From: Candidatus Omnitrophota bacterium
GTDB lineage: Bacteria > Omnitrophota > Gorgyraeia > 2-01-FULL-45-10
Reading direction: 5' to 3'
Length of the DNA stretch: 64,000 nucleotides
Assembly: GCA_903843285.1 (NCBI GenBank)
Contig: CAIMPC010000073.1
Span: 20,578 to 84,577 of the forward strand
Positions 23,714-33,208 of the stretch are shown here, piece by piece. Under the pieces are notes generated by a model. The model saw only the letters and a list, made by a program, of their open reading frames with translations. It searched no databases and had not been told where the DNA came from. The stretch's first letter is position 1. Every line of letters starts with the position of its first letter. A program made the position numbers and the translations under genes.

Positions 23714-24366
23714 CTACTGCGGCAAAAAAAACTCCGGTAGTTCTGATAGCCGCAGGCCCTACGCGCGAGAAGTTAGACCCGGTGCGGTTCATTTCCAACT
23801 ATTCCACAGGAACGTTTGGTTATGAACTAGCCTATGAGGCAATAAGGCGAGGCGCTCATGTCATTCTTGTCAGCGGGCCCACGAATCTTAAGGCCCCGCA
23901 GGGAGTCAAGCTCATAGGTGTGGAGACAGCTCTCGAGATGAGAAGAGCGGTATTGGCGGAACTTAGAAAAGCCGATTATATAATAATGTCAGCGGCCGTC
24001 TGTGACTGGAGGCTCGAGAAAGTAGCGCCACGAAAGATTAAGCGCTCTTCAGGGAAGACAACCCTTCGATTAATAGAGAACCCCGACATATTAAGCGAGG
24101 TATGTGCTCATAAGGCACACAGGGTAGTTGTAGGATTTGCCCTCGAGACGGAAAATCTCGAAAAGAATGCCCTCAAAAAACTTTTCAGAAAGAATGCCGA
24201 CCTTATAGTGGCAAACGCCCTTAGGAAGCAATCACCCATATTTGGCGATAATAATGTGAACGTGGTCATTATAGACAGGTTTGGTAATAGGCTCAGGGTG
24301 CGCAATAGGTCTAAAAGAGACTTGTCCAAGATTATTCTTGACAAGGTATTAAGCTTTAATATATAG
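23710..24366 (+). CDS. coaB: Phosphopantothenate--cysteine ligase (stand-alone CoaB)
   Basis: 218 aa; DFP motif ISNYSTG; GTG start overlapping coaC stop. Confidence 0.8.
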   Translation: MTTAAKKTPVVLIAAGPTREKLDPVRFISNYSTGTFGYELAYEAIRRGAHVILVSGPTNLKAPQGVKLIGVETALEMRRAVLAELRKADYIIMSAAVCDWRLEKVAPRKIKRSSGKTTLRLIENPDILSEVCAHKAHRVVVGFALETENLEKNALKKLFRKNADLIVANALRKQSPIFGDNNVNVVIIDRFGNRLRVRNRSKRDLSKIILDKVLSFNI

Positions 24367-24385
24367 TTAAAATTTTGGGGATTAT

Positions 24386-24844
24386 ATGAGAAGCTCTATA
24401 TTTGCGCAACATCCTAATAATAAAGGAGTTACGATTATAGAACTTATTGTGGTGGCGCTGGCATTTTTACTAATGATTGCGGCGCTTACGCCATTTGTCC
24501 GTATGGCGCGTTTCAGGTCGCAAAGGTTTACTTGCGAGGACAATCTAAGGAAGATCAGCCTTGCCTTGCATCTGTACGCTGCGGAACATGGCGACAAATT
24601 TCCGACTAGCATAGGGGAATTATATCCGCAATACGTCGATAGTGAGAGAATTTTTGATTGTCCGGCCTCGAAAAAGAACGGCAATAAGAACGAACCTGAC
24701 TATAAGTATGTATTTGGTTTAACAGAATTATCGCCGCCGAGAGAGGCCATAGTCGAAGATATCGATGGAAACCATAAGCTCTCGGGTAAGAATATATTGA
24801 GAATTGACGGCGCTATCGAGTGGGTAGACTCTAAGAGGCGGTAG
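24386..24844 (+). CDS. Prepilin-type N-terminal cleavage/methylation domain protein (DUF1559-like pseudopilin)
   Basis: 152 aa; N-terminus KGVTIIELIVVALAFLLMIAAL is a type IV pilin/T2SS pseudopilin signal. Confidence 0.7.
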   Translation: MRSSIFAQHPNNKGVTIIELIVVALAFLLMIAALTPFVRMARFRSQRFTCEDNLRKISLALHLYAAEHGDKFPTSIGELYPQYVDSERIFDCPASKKNGNKNEPDYKYVFGLTELSPPREAIVEDIDGNHKLSGKNILRIDGAIEWVDSKRR

Positions 24845-24859
24845 GGCAAAGTAATTCGC

Positions 24860-24934
24860 GGCGGCTTAGCCAAGCGGTAAGGCAGAGGTCTGCAAAACCT
24901 CTATTCTCCGGTTCGAATCCGGAAGCCGCCTCCA
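24860..24934 (+). tRNA. tRNA-Cys (anticodon GCA)
   Basis: GGCGGCTTAGCC...GGTCTGCAAAACC...GGTTCGAATCCGGAAGCCGCCTCCA cloverleaf; anticodon loop CUGCAAA. Confidence 0.9.
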
Positions 24935-25021
24935 GTTTTGTATTGATTCTCGATAGCAAAACTGTCCCATGAAGTCATAGCATTACAGTTGACGGAATTG
25001 GGACAATATATAATGTTTTAC

Positions 25022-25098
25022 GGGCAGTTAGCGCAGTTGGTTAGCGCACCACGTTGACATCGTGGGGGTCAGAGGTTCGAGTCCTCTACTGCCCACCA
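25022..25098 (+). tRNA. tRNA-Val (anticodon GAC)
   Basis: GGGCAGTTAGCGCAGTTGGTTAGCGCACCACGTTGACATCGTGG...GGTTCGAGTCCTCTACTGCCCACCA; anticodon loop UUGACAU. Confidence 0.9.
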
Positions 25099-25369
25099 GT
25101 TCTTTGGTTTGACAGTAGTATGGTGATTAGCGCAGGAGGACGAGTCCTCTCATGGGAAGGCATGAGCGAGCCTAATGTGGGACTATTGCAAAATGACAAA
25201 TTCCACGTCATTCTGAACGAAGCCCAAAGGGCGAAGCGAAGAATCTATACGGTAAATAGATTCTTCGGTCGGCCGATGGCCTCCCTCAGAATGACGGAAG
25301 TTGCATTTCGCAAAAGTCCCGAAGTAGCCGAGCCCAATATCTGTAGTTGCAAGTTGACACGGTATCATC

Positions 25370-25456
25370 GCCGGGATGGCGAAATTGGCAGACGCAAGGG
25401 ATTTAAAATCCCTCGGCCGCAAGGCCATGTGGGTTCGACCCCCTCTCCCGGCACCA
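25370..25456 (+). tRNA. tRNA-Leu (anticodon UAA), long variable arm
   Basis: GCCGGGATGGCGAAATTGGCAGACGCAAGGGATTTAAAATCCCT + variable arm CGGCCGCAAGGCC + T-arm + CCGGCACCA. Confidence 0.9.
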
Positions 25457-25508
25457 CCGTACCATTCACTTCGTTCGAGTACGGCGCACTTAAATAAGAG
25501 AAGGAATT

Positions 25509-27224
25509 ATGGATCTAAGCACATTAAGACATAGCACGTCGCATATTATGGCGCAGGCGGTTAAGGCATTATGGCCGGACGTGAAGCTTGGCATAGGGCC
25601 GTCGATCGAAGATGGCTTCTATTACGATTTTGAGAAGTCCGAACCGTTCGAGCCTCAAGACCTCGAGAAGATCGAAGAAAAAATGCACGAGATCATAAGC
25701 GCCGACTACAAGTTTGAACGCTCCGAGATGAAGAAGGAAGAAGCGATTAAATTATTCAAGAAGACGAATGAGAAATATAAGATTGAGTTAATAAACGAGA
25801 TTCCTGGGGAGACGGTCAGCATCTATAAGAACGGTAAATTCATCGATCTCTGCCGAGGGCCGCACATAGATTCCACCGGTCAGGTCAAATCGTTTAAGCT
25901 GTTATCTATTGCCGGCGCATACTGGCACGGCATCGAAACCAATCCCATGTTTCAGAGGATTTATGGCACGGCATTCGAGACCGAAGGGGACCTGGAGAAT
26001 TATCTGAATCTTATGGAGGAGGCCCGGAAGAGGGATCATAGGGTGCTTGGCAAACAGCTCGAGTATTTCAGTTTCCATGAGGAGATAGGGGCGGGGCTCG
26101 TCCTGTATCATCCTAAGGGCGCTATGCTCAGATATATCATCGAAGATTTTATTAGAAAAGAGCATTTGAAGCGCGGCTATCAACTGGTCGTTGGCCCACA
26201 CATAATGAAGAGCGACATATGGATAAAGTCAGGGCATTTCGGATATTATAAAGAGAATATGTACGTCTTTAAGATCGAAGGGCAGGACTATGCCATTAAG
26301 CCCATGAACTGCCCCGGCCATATACTCGTATATAAATCTAAGACGAGAAGCTATAGAGACCTCCCATTAAAATATTTCGAACTGGGGACCGTATATAGGA
26401 ACGAGAAATCCGGAGTATTGCATGGTTTATTGCGCGTGAGAGGCTTTACTCAGGATGATGCGCATATATTCTGCCTTAGGGAACAGGCCGAAGAGGAGAT
26501 AATAAAGGTCATAGACTTCGTTATGGACACACTGAATGTTTTTGGGTTCGAGGACTTTTCGGTAGAGTTGTCGACGAGGCCCGCGAAATCCATTGGCAAC
26601 GACGAAGACTGGGATGCCGCGCACCATGCGCTTTCTAACGCGCTTAAGAAGAAATACCTGCGATATAGTGTTAACGAAGGTGATGGCGCTTTCTACGGCC
26701 CCAAGATCGATATCAAATTAAAAGACGCCCTGAAACGCGAATGGCAATGCGCAACGATACAATGCGATTTTGCTTTGCCGGAACGCTTTGGCCTTACGTA
26801 TGTCGGTGAAGATGGAAAAGAATACCGTCCGATAATGCTTCACAGGGTCATTTTAGGATCGTTGGAACGCTTTACCGGAGCATTGCTCGAGCATTTCGGA
26901 GGAGCATTGCCGCTTTGGCTCGCACCGACGCAGGCTGTGATAATACCTGTATCGGAAAAATCTTTGAGTTACGCGAAGAAGGTTGAGAAGGCCTTAACGG
27001 AGAATGGCTGCCGGACGGAACTTGATTACAGGAACGAGAGACTGCAGAAGAAGATCCGTGATCACGAGATAGAGAAGGTGCCGTATATGCTTATCGTCGG
27101 TGAGAAAGAGGCCGCGGACGGTTCGCTCTCGGTGAGATCTAAGGCACAGGGTGAGATGGGGCGAGTTATGATGGACGATTTTATTCAGATGGTAAAAAAA
27201 GAGATACAGGAAAAGGTTAAGTAA
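25509..27224 (+). CDS. thrS: Threonine--tRNA ligase (short form lacking N-terminal TGS domain)
   Basis: 571 aa beginning at editing-domain HSTSHIMAQA motif; class II aaRS catalytic core and anticodon-binding domain. Confidence 0.9.
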   Translation: MDLSTLRHSTSHIMAQAVKALWPDVKLGIGPSIEDGFYYDFEKSEPFEPQDLEKIEEKMHEIISADYKFERSEMKKEEAIKLFKKTNEKYKIELINEIPGETVSIYKNGKFIDLCRGPHIDSTGQVKSFKLLSIAGAYWHGIETNPMFQRIYGTAFETEGDLENYLNLMEEARKRDHRVLGKQLEYFSFHEEIGAGLVLYHPKGAMLRYIIEDFIRKEHLKRGYQLVVGPHIMKSDIWIKSGHFGYYKENMYVFKIEGQDYAIKPMNCPGHILVYKSKTRSYRDLPLKYFELGTVYRNEKSGVLHGLLRVRGFTQDDAHIFCLREQAEEEIIKVIDFVMDTLNVFGFEDFSVELSTRPAKSIGNDEDWDAAHHALSNALKKKYLRYSVNEGDGAFYGPKIDIKLKDALKREWQCATIQCDFALPERFGLTYVGEDGKEYRPIMLHRVILGSLERFTGALLEHFGGALPLWLAPTQAVIIPVSEKSLSYAKKVEKALTENGCRTELDYRNERLQKKIRDHEIEKVPYMLIVGEKEAADGSLSVRSKAQGEMGRVMMDDFIQMVKKEIQEKVK

Positions 27225-27357
27225 CGAATCTCTTCGGGATAAGACCCGGAGTTGTTGACGAAATCCTCCGAAGCATCCGGTATCTTTACGGTTTACTGCG
27301 CAGGGGGATCAAATAGAAAGGGTAGGGTGATCGGGTATCGCAAGACAAGACCTCAGA

Positions 27358-27846
27358 ATTAATAACAGGATAAGAGCGAGAGAAGTCAGGGTGGTGGGCG
27401 AGGCCGGAGAACAACTGGGTGTAATGGCAACGCCGGACGCAATAAAATGCGCAGAGGAAGCAGGATTGGATCTGGTCGAATTAGCTCCGACCGCCGTGCC
27501 TCCCGTATGCAGAATAATAGACTACTCTAAATATAAATACGAGCAGGAGAAGAGAGAGAAAGAAGCCCGCAAAAAACAGCGCGTGATACATATAAAAGAG
27601 GTCAGGATGAGCCCGAAGATCGGCGAGCATGACTATCAGTTCAAGCTTCGCAATCTGGAGGATTTCTTGAAACGCGGTGATAAGGTTAAAGTTACGATGA
27701 TGTTTAAGGGGCGCGAAATGTCCCACATCAGCTTGGGAAGAAAGATCCTCGACAGGCTGGCCAGTGAAATATCGGCTGTTGGCGAGATAGAGGAGGCGCC
27801 GAGGTTAGAAGGGCGTATCATCGGAATGGTGATAAGGGCGAAGTGA
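27358..27846 (+). CDS. infC: Translation initiation factor IF-3 (likely non-AUG start AUU/AUC; ORF-track GTG start at 27391 is probably internal)
   Basis: In-frame upstream residues INNRIRAREVRVVGEAGEQLGV match IF-3 N-terminus (E. coli NRINGEIRAQEVRL); ATT at 27358, ATC at 27337; IF-3 genes classically use AUU. Confidence 0.8.
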   Translation: MNNRIRAREVRVVGEAGEQLGVMATPDAIKCAEEAGLDLVELAPTAVPPVCRIIDYSKYKYEQEKREKEARKKQRVIHIKEVRMSPKIGEHDYQFKLRNLEDFLKRGDKVKVTMMFKGREMSHISLGRKILDRLASEISAVGEIEEAPRLEGRIIGMVIRAK

Positions 27847-27935
27847 TTAATCGATAGCTAATAGTTGGTAGTTGATGGATCGATTTTCGATAACTATAAA
27901 CTATGAGCTTAAGAACTATTAACATGGGAGGCAAA

Positions 27936-28136
27936 ATGCCAAAGCTAAAGACAAATAAGAGCGCGAAGAAGAGGATAAGGATATCCAAGAAAGGCAAAGG
28001 CAAGCACTTCAGGGCGGGCCGGGGCCATCTCTTGATGATGAAGAAATCGAAAAGGAAAAGGCAGCTTGGAAGGCCTGCGTTCATTGCAGAAGGTGAGATG
28101 AAGAGTATAAAGAAGATGTTGCCTTACGGAGCATAA
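27936..28136 (+). CDS. rpmI: 50S ribosomal protein L35
   Basis: MPKLKTNKSAKKRIRISKKGK...; SD gggagg precedes ATG at 27936 (ORF-track start at 27903 is upstream in-frame). Confidence 0.9.
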   Translation: MPKLKTNKSAKKRIRISKKGKGKHFRAGRGHLLMMKKSKRKRQLGRPAFIAEGEMKSIKKMLPYGA

Positions 28137-28161
28137 CAGTAATTACCAGGAGGAATAACTA

Positions 28162-28509
28162 ATGCCAAAAGTCAAACATGCGGTTGCGACCAGGCGGCAC
28201 AGGAAAAGAGTTCTGAAAGCGGCCGAAGGTCAATACGGCGGCAGGTCGCGTTTTTACAGACGCGCAAAAGAATCAGTCGCTAAGGGAATGATGTACAGTT
28301 ATAGGGATCGTAAGGCCAAGAAGAGGAATTTCAGATCCCTCTGGGTAGTCAGGATAAACGCTGCTTGTAGAGAGAACGGTATAACATACTCGAAGTTTAT
28401 AGCCGGGCTTGCCAAGATAAAAGTTGTATTGGACAGGAAGGTCCTTGCCGATATAGCGGTTACCGATAAGAAGGTATTTGCTAAGCTGGTCGAGGCCGTA
28501 AAAGCATAG
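28162..28509 (+). CDS. rplT: 50S ribosomal protein L20
   Basis: 115 aa MPKVKHAVATRRHRKRVLK... canonical L20. Confidence 0.95.
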   Translation: MPKVKHAVATRRHRKRVLKAAEGQYGGRSRFYRRAKESVAKGMMYSYRDRKAKKRNFRSLWVVRINAACRENGITYSKFIAGLAKIKVVLDRKVLADIAVTDKKVFAKLVEAVKA

Positions 28510-28511
28510 AT

Positions 28512-29540
28512 ATGAAAGACCGTATAAAGGTTATCACCGAAGAGGCGCTGAAGGAGATAGGCGCCTGTCGGGCCGGTGAGGATACCGTAGAGGCCTTGAG
28601 GGTAAAATATCTTGGGCGTAAGGGTATAATTACGGAGTTGTTTAAACAGATAGGCTCTGTCCCCGCCGAAGATAAACCCGAGATCGGTAAGCTTATCAAT
28701 ATTCTGAAAGAGAGCGTTACTCGTTCCCTCGATGAGAAGTCCCTGCTTGTCCCGAGCGCCGAAGAAAAAGCCCCCCCGATAGACGTTACTCTGCCGGGTG
28801 AGAGCGGTCATATCGGCAGGATCCATCCGATCACCAGGACCATAGATGAGATAAATTCTCTATTTGTCTCTCTCGGTTTCAGGATAGTAGAGGGGCCGGA
28901 GATAGAGACCGAGCACTATAATTTCGAGACGCTGAATATTCCGCTCGAGCATCCATCCAGGGACGCCTTTGATACATTTTATGTATCGTTCGAAAAAAAG
29001 ACGCTTCTGCGTAGTCACACCTCTCCCGTCCAGACCCGCTTTATGGAAAAGAACAGGCCGCCTTTTGCCATAGTTGTTCCCGGGCGCGTATTCAGGCCGG
29101 ACGCTACGGATGCGTCACATTCATTTATGTTTCATCAGGTGGAAGGGCTTGTCGTAGGGCAGGACATTAAGTTCTCCGACCTAAAAGGCACGCTTACAAC
29201 TTTCGCAAGACAGATGTTTGGCAAGGAAGTGCGCATGCGTTTTCGCCCGAGCTTCTTTCCATTCACCGAACCGAGCGCCGAGGTGGACATATCATGCATA
29301 GTTTGCGGCGGTAAGGCGGGAGAAAAGCGCTGTTCGATGTGCGGCGGTAAGGGATGGCTTGAGATAATGGGAGCCGGCATGGTGAACCCAAAGGTCTTCG
29401 AAGCAGTCGGCTATAATCCGGAAAAGGTGACAGGATTTGCATTCGGGATGGGAGTTGAGCGCATAGCTATCCTGAAGTACGGAATAAATGATATACGCTT
29501 ATTTTTCGAAAACGATCTCCGGTTCCTAAGGCAATTTTAA
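28512..29540 (+). CDS. pheS: Phenylalanine--tRNA ligase alpha subunit (with Cys4 zinc-ribbon insertion)
   Basis: 342 aa; class II motifs; insertion CIVCGGKAGEKRCSMCGG. Confidence 0.9.
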   Translation: MKDRIKVITEEALKEIGACRAGEDTVEALRVKYLGRKGIITELFKQIGSVPAEDKPEIGKLINILKESVTRSLDEKSLLVPSAEEKAPPIDVTLPGESGHIGRIHPITRTIDEINSLFVSLGFRIVEGPEIETEHYNFETLNIPLEHPSRDAFDTFYVSFEKKTLLRSHTSPVQTRFMEKNRPPFAIVVPGRVFRPDATDASHSFMFHQVEGLVVGQDIKFSDLKGTLTTFARQMFGKEVRMRFRPSFFPFTEPSAEVDISCIVCGGKAGEKRCSMCGGKGWLEIMGAGMVNPKVFEAVGYNPEKVTGFAFGMGVERIAILKYGINDIRLFFENDLRFLRQF

Positions 29541-29541
29541 T

Positions 29542-31578
29542 ATGAAGATATCGTACAGTTGGTTAAAGGAATACGTAAACATCTCATTAGCCCCCGATAA
29601 GCTGGCCCATCTTCTTACTATGGCGGGATTAAGCGTCGAGTCGGTGAAGCGCTTCGGGGATGATTATGTCTTTGAGATAGAGATCACAGCGAACAGGCCC
29701 GACTGGCTTTCAGTGATAGGCGTTGCCCGCGAAATAGCCGCGCTTACAGGCGAAAAACTTAAGGCGCCGAAGGTGGCAAATATTAAGGCGGGTTCCTCGG
29801 TCGCCGGATTAAAGGTACGTATCGAAGAAAGATCTCTATGTCCGAGATATACGGCCAGGGTCATCAGAAATGTGAAGGTTGGCGAATCTCCGGCTTGGTT
29901 ACGCGCGCGCATAGAAGCTATGGGCCTGAGAAGTGTTAATAACATCGTCGATATAACGAACTTCTGCCTCTTTGAGACGGGTGAGCCAATGCATGCGTTT
30001 GATTTTGACAAAATATCGCTCGGCGAAATATTTATTAGGAAGGCGCTCGAAGGCGAGAAGGTCGTGTCTATCGAAGGGACCGAAAAGACTCTCGATAAGT
30101 CCATGCTCGTTATTGCTGATGGTAAGAAGACGATCGCAATAGCGGGCGTGATGGGAGCAGCGAATACGGAAGTTACCGGGGCGACTAAGAACATATTGCT
30201 CGAGGCGGCATATTTTGATCCCGTATCTGTAAGAAGAACATCGAGAAAGCTTGCGATCTCGACGGAGTCCAGTTACCGGTTTGAGCGCCGGGTAGATCCG
30301 GACAATATAGTCTGTTCCTCTAACAGGGCTCTTGAGATTATAATTAAGATAGTAGGAGGGGAACCCGGGCCCCTGATCGATATGGGCAATAAAGAGACGA
30401 AAAAGAATGCCATTAATTTGAGAATCGAGAAGGTTAATAAATTGCTCGGAACCGAGATCTCTGCCTCTATTATGAAAAAGATTGTCCTTGCGCTTGGAAT
30501 TAAAATAAAGGGGTCATCCGGTAAAAAGATGGCCCTCGAGGCCCCGAGCTTCAGATGTGACATTAAAAATGAAATCGACGTTATCGAAGAGATCGCCAGG
30601 GTATACGGTTACGATAAGATACCGATTACGCTCCCCAAGATAGTGGAACAGCCTACGAGATTCGATCGAACCATGGTTGTGCGTAAAAAGATCAGGGAAT
30701 GCTTAACGGCTCTTGGCTCAGACGAGATAATAACATATAGTCTTTTGAGCAGAAAGATGGTGGAAGCATCCGAGGCATCCGGCGATTCGATCGTCGGTAT
30801 AGCCAACCCGCTCACGAACGAGCAGGAGATGATGAGACCGAACCTTCTATCCGGAATGATGAACGCTATCCTTTGGAATATAAACAGAAAGACGAAAGAC
30901 CTGAAGCTCTTCGAGATAGGTAATGTCTATTTTAAAAAAGATGAGAAATACGGCGAACGGATGCATCTGGCCATCGGAATTACCGGAGAAAACGCTGTGG
31001 GCTGGGTGAGGGGATCGTCCGGAGCGAATTTCTTTGGGTTAAAAGGTATGATAGAGACGCTGTTCATGGAGCTTGGCATAGAGGCGCCGGAGTTTAAGTG
31101 CGCAAGGAAGAACGGTTTCCTGTCTGGCGAATGCGCTGAGATATCGATTGCCACAGAGAGCGTTGGAATGATGGGGCGCATATCCGGTAAAGTACTCCAC
31201 AACTTTGATATTAAGGAAAATGTTTACATGGTCGAGATCAATCTCGATACCCTATTAAAATACGTAAAGCTGGAAAAGCGCTTTGTCGAACTGTCGAGAT
31301 ATCCATCGGTATTTAGAGACATATCGATACTGGCTGAAAAAGGCCTGCCGAATGCCGAGCTCGTATCCGCGGCCAAGATTGCCGGCGGATCGATCTTAAG
31401 AGATATCAGGCTTATAGATAGATATGAAGGCAAGCAGATACCCGAGGGTAGACAGAGCCTTACCTATAGGCTCGAATACTGTGATCCATCGAAGACTCTC
31501 GAGGAAAAGGATGTGCTCGATATTCATGGTAGAGTTTTGGGCGAGCTTGAGGCCAAATTTGGCGCAAAGCTCAGGTAG
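29542..31578 (+). CDS. pheT: Phenylalanine--tRNA ligase beta subunit (short form)
   Basis: 678 aa; B3/B4, B5 and catalytic-like domains. Confidence 0.9.
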   Translation: MKISYSWLKEYVNISLAPDKLAHLLTMAGLSVESVKRFGDDYVFEIEITANRPDWLSVIGVAREIAALTGEKLKAPKVANIKAGSSVAGLKVRIEERSLCPRYTARVIRNVKVGESPAWLRARIEAMGLRSVNNIVDITNFCLFETGEPMHAFDFDKISLGEIFIRKALEGEKVVSIEGTEKTLDKSMLVIADGKKTIAIAGVMGAANTEVTGATKNILLEAAYFDPVSVRRTSRKLAISTESSYRFERRVDPDNIVCSSNRALEIIIKIVGGEPGPLIDMGNKETKKNAINLRIEKVNKLLGTEISASIMKKIVLALGIKIKGSSGKKMALEAPSFRCDIKNEIDVIEEIARVYGYDKIPITLPKIVEQPTRFDRTMVVRKKIRECLTALGSDEIITYSLLSRKMVEASEASGDSIVGIANPLTNEQEMMRPNLLSGMMNAILWNINRKTKDLKLFEIGNVYFKKDEKYGERMHLAIGITGENAVGWVRGSSGANFFGLKGMIETLFMELGIEAPEFKCARKNGFLSGECAEISIATESVGMMGRISGKVLHNFDIKENVYMVEINLDTLLKYVKLEKRFVELSRYPSVFRDISILAEKGLPNAELVSAAKIAGGSILRDIRLIDRYEGKQIPEGRQSLTYRLEYCDPSKTLEEKDVLDIHGRVLGELEAKFGAKLR

Positions 31579-31906
31579 TTGGCGAAGGACTGAGGAGCTT
31601 TGCAGAGCTTGCTTTTGGTAAATTTTATGATACACTTTAGATAGAAGAAAAATATCCCTGCGGTGCGCGCGATTTTGATCGAATAATCTTGAACCTTTAG
31701 CACTAAAATAGGGAGCCTAACTAAGTGTACGCCACGGCGTATGCGCGAGGGCACCCACCTGTTATAAACAGGATCAAGATAATTCAAATCTCAACGCCAC
31801 TCGCGGGGATTTTTATTGGCTCGCGATATTTTTAGCTATAGCGTACGGGCGGCTACCCAATCAGCCACTACCATACAGATGAAGCAATTAAATGTAGCGG
31901 GGGATT

Positions 31907-33208
31907 ATGGATTTGTTTGGGGAAGAGAAGAAGGATAAGGGCTATGAGCCGCTGGCGGCAAGATTAAGGCCGAGGACGCTCGATGACTTCGTCGGGCAGG
32001 AAGCGATATTAGGTAAGGATAAGCTGTTACGCCGCTTGATAGAGACGGATAAGATCTCATCCTTGATATTCTATGGTCCGCCCGGATGCGGCAAGACGAC
32101 CCTTGCTCTAATAGTAAGCGAGAAGACCAAATCCCACTTTGAGCGGATTAACGCGGCGTCGAATAATGTGGCCGATATGAGGCGCATAATAGACGGGGCT
32201 AAGAAGCGTGAGATGGTCGGGCAAGGGCGTACGATCCTCTTAGTAGATGAGATACATCGCTTCAATAAGGCTCAGCAGGATGTGCTGATGCCCGACGTTG
32301 AAGCCGGAAACCCCGTTCTGATAGGAACGACTACGCACAATCCATTTTTCTACGTTAATAACGCGCTTCTTTCGCGCTCCCAAGTATTTGAGTTTAAAAA
32401 ATTATCCGATAATGACGTCATCAATATAATTAAGCGCTCGCTCAAAGATAAAGAGGTTGGGCTGGGGAAGATCCCGATAGAGATCGACGAAGATGCCCTT
32501 AAACATCTCGCCAAGACGTCCGAAGGTGATGCCAGGCGGGCCCTTGGCGCGATCGAGGTTGGGGCTTTATCTACCGGCGCCGGTAAAGATAGCAAGGTCC
32601 ATTTTACTCTTAAGATAGCGGAAGAGTCTATACAGAAGAAGGCCGTCGTATACGATAAGGATGAGGATGAACATTATGATACGATATCAGCATTCATAAA
32701 GTCGATGCGCGGATCAGATCCAGATGCGGCGCTCTATTGGATGGCTAAGATGATCTATGCGGGTGAAGATCCGCGCTTTATCGCGCGACGTATCGTGATA
32801 TGCGCCTCTGAGGACGTCGGTAATGCCGATCCACAGGCGCTTATCATAGCTAACGCGGCCCTGCAGGCGTCCGAGTTTGTCGGAATGCCGGAGGCGCGAA
32901 TACCGTTGGCACAGGCGGCGGTTTATGTGGCATGTGCGCCAAAGTCAAACGCCGCATACCTCGGCATCGAGGCCGCTCTCAAAGACGTTGAATCGGGTAA
33001 GGTGCTCGATGTGCCGGACCACCTGAAGGACGCGACCCTCGACAAGGATGCTCTCGGTCATGGCAAAGGCTACCAGTATGCTCATGATTTTAAGGATCAT
33101 TATGTAAAGCAGGAATATAAGCCATCCAGCATTCAATACTATATACCTACGACGATGGGCTACGAAGCGAAGATCAAGGAGTGGCTGGAGAAGCTGAGGA
33201 GTCAATGA
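31907..33208 (+). CDS. rarA: Replication-associated recombination protein A (AAA+ ATPase RarA/MgsA)
   Basis: 433 aa; Walker A GPPGCGKTT, Walker B LLVDEIHRFNKAQQD, MgsA C-terminal domains. Confidence 0.9.
   Translation: MDLFGEEKKDKGYEPLAARLRPRTLDDFVGQEAILGKDKLLRRLIETDKISSLIFYGPPGCGKTTLALIVSEKTKSHFERINAASNNVADMRRIIDGAKKREMVGQGRTILLVDEIHRFNKAQQDVLMPDVEAGNPVLIGTTTHNPFFYVNNALLSRSQVFEFKKLSDNDVINIIKRSLKDKEVGLGKIPIEIDEDALKHLAKTSEGDARRALGAIEVGALSTGAGKDSKVHFTLKIAEESIQKKAVVYDKDEDEHYDTISAFIKSMRGSDPDAALYWMAKMIYAGEDPRFIARRIVICASEDVGNADPQALIIANAALQASEFVGMPEARIPLAQAAVYVACAPKSNAAYLGIEAALKDVESGKVLDVPDHLKDATLDKDALGHGKGYQYAHDFKDHYVKQEYKPSSIQYYIPTTMGYEAKIKEWLEKLRSQ

Noticed and set aside
24935-25021. Canonical sigma-70 promoter for tRNA-Val (TTGACG ... 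TATAAT)
   Set aside because: Spacer between the hexamers is only 12 nt, so the pair is not a functional -35/-10 as spaced; the true promoter is unresolved.
25054-25497. 147-aa plus-strand ORF
   Set aside because: It spans tRNA-Val and tRNA-Leu sequences and the nested hairpins between them, so it is not a plausible CDS.
31690-31790. Possible TPP riboswitch upstream of rarA/thi genes (GAGGGCACCCACCTG...GGATCAAGATAAT resembles thi-box ACCC...ACCTGATCTGGATAAT)
   Set aside because: The highly conserved CUGAGA element and proper P2/P3 pairing are not evident. The thi genes lie downstream of rarA, not directly after this region. Left as unconfirmed; it needs an Rfam scan.
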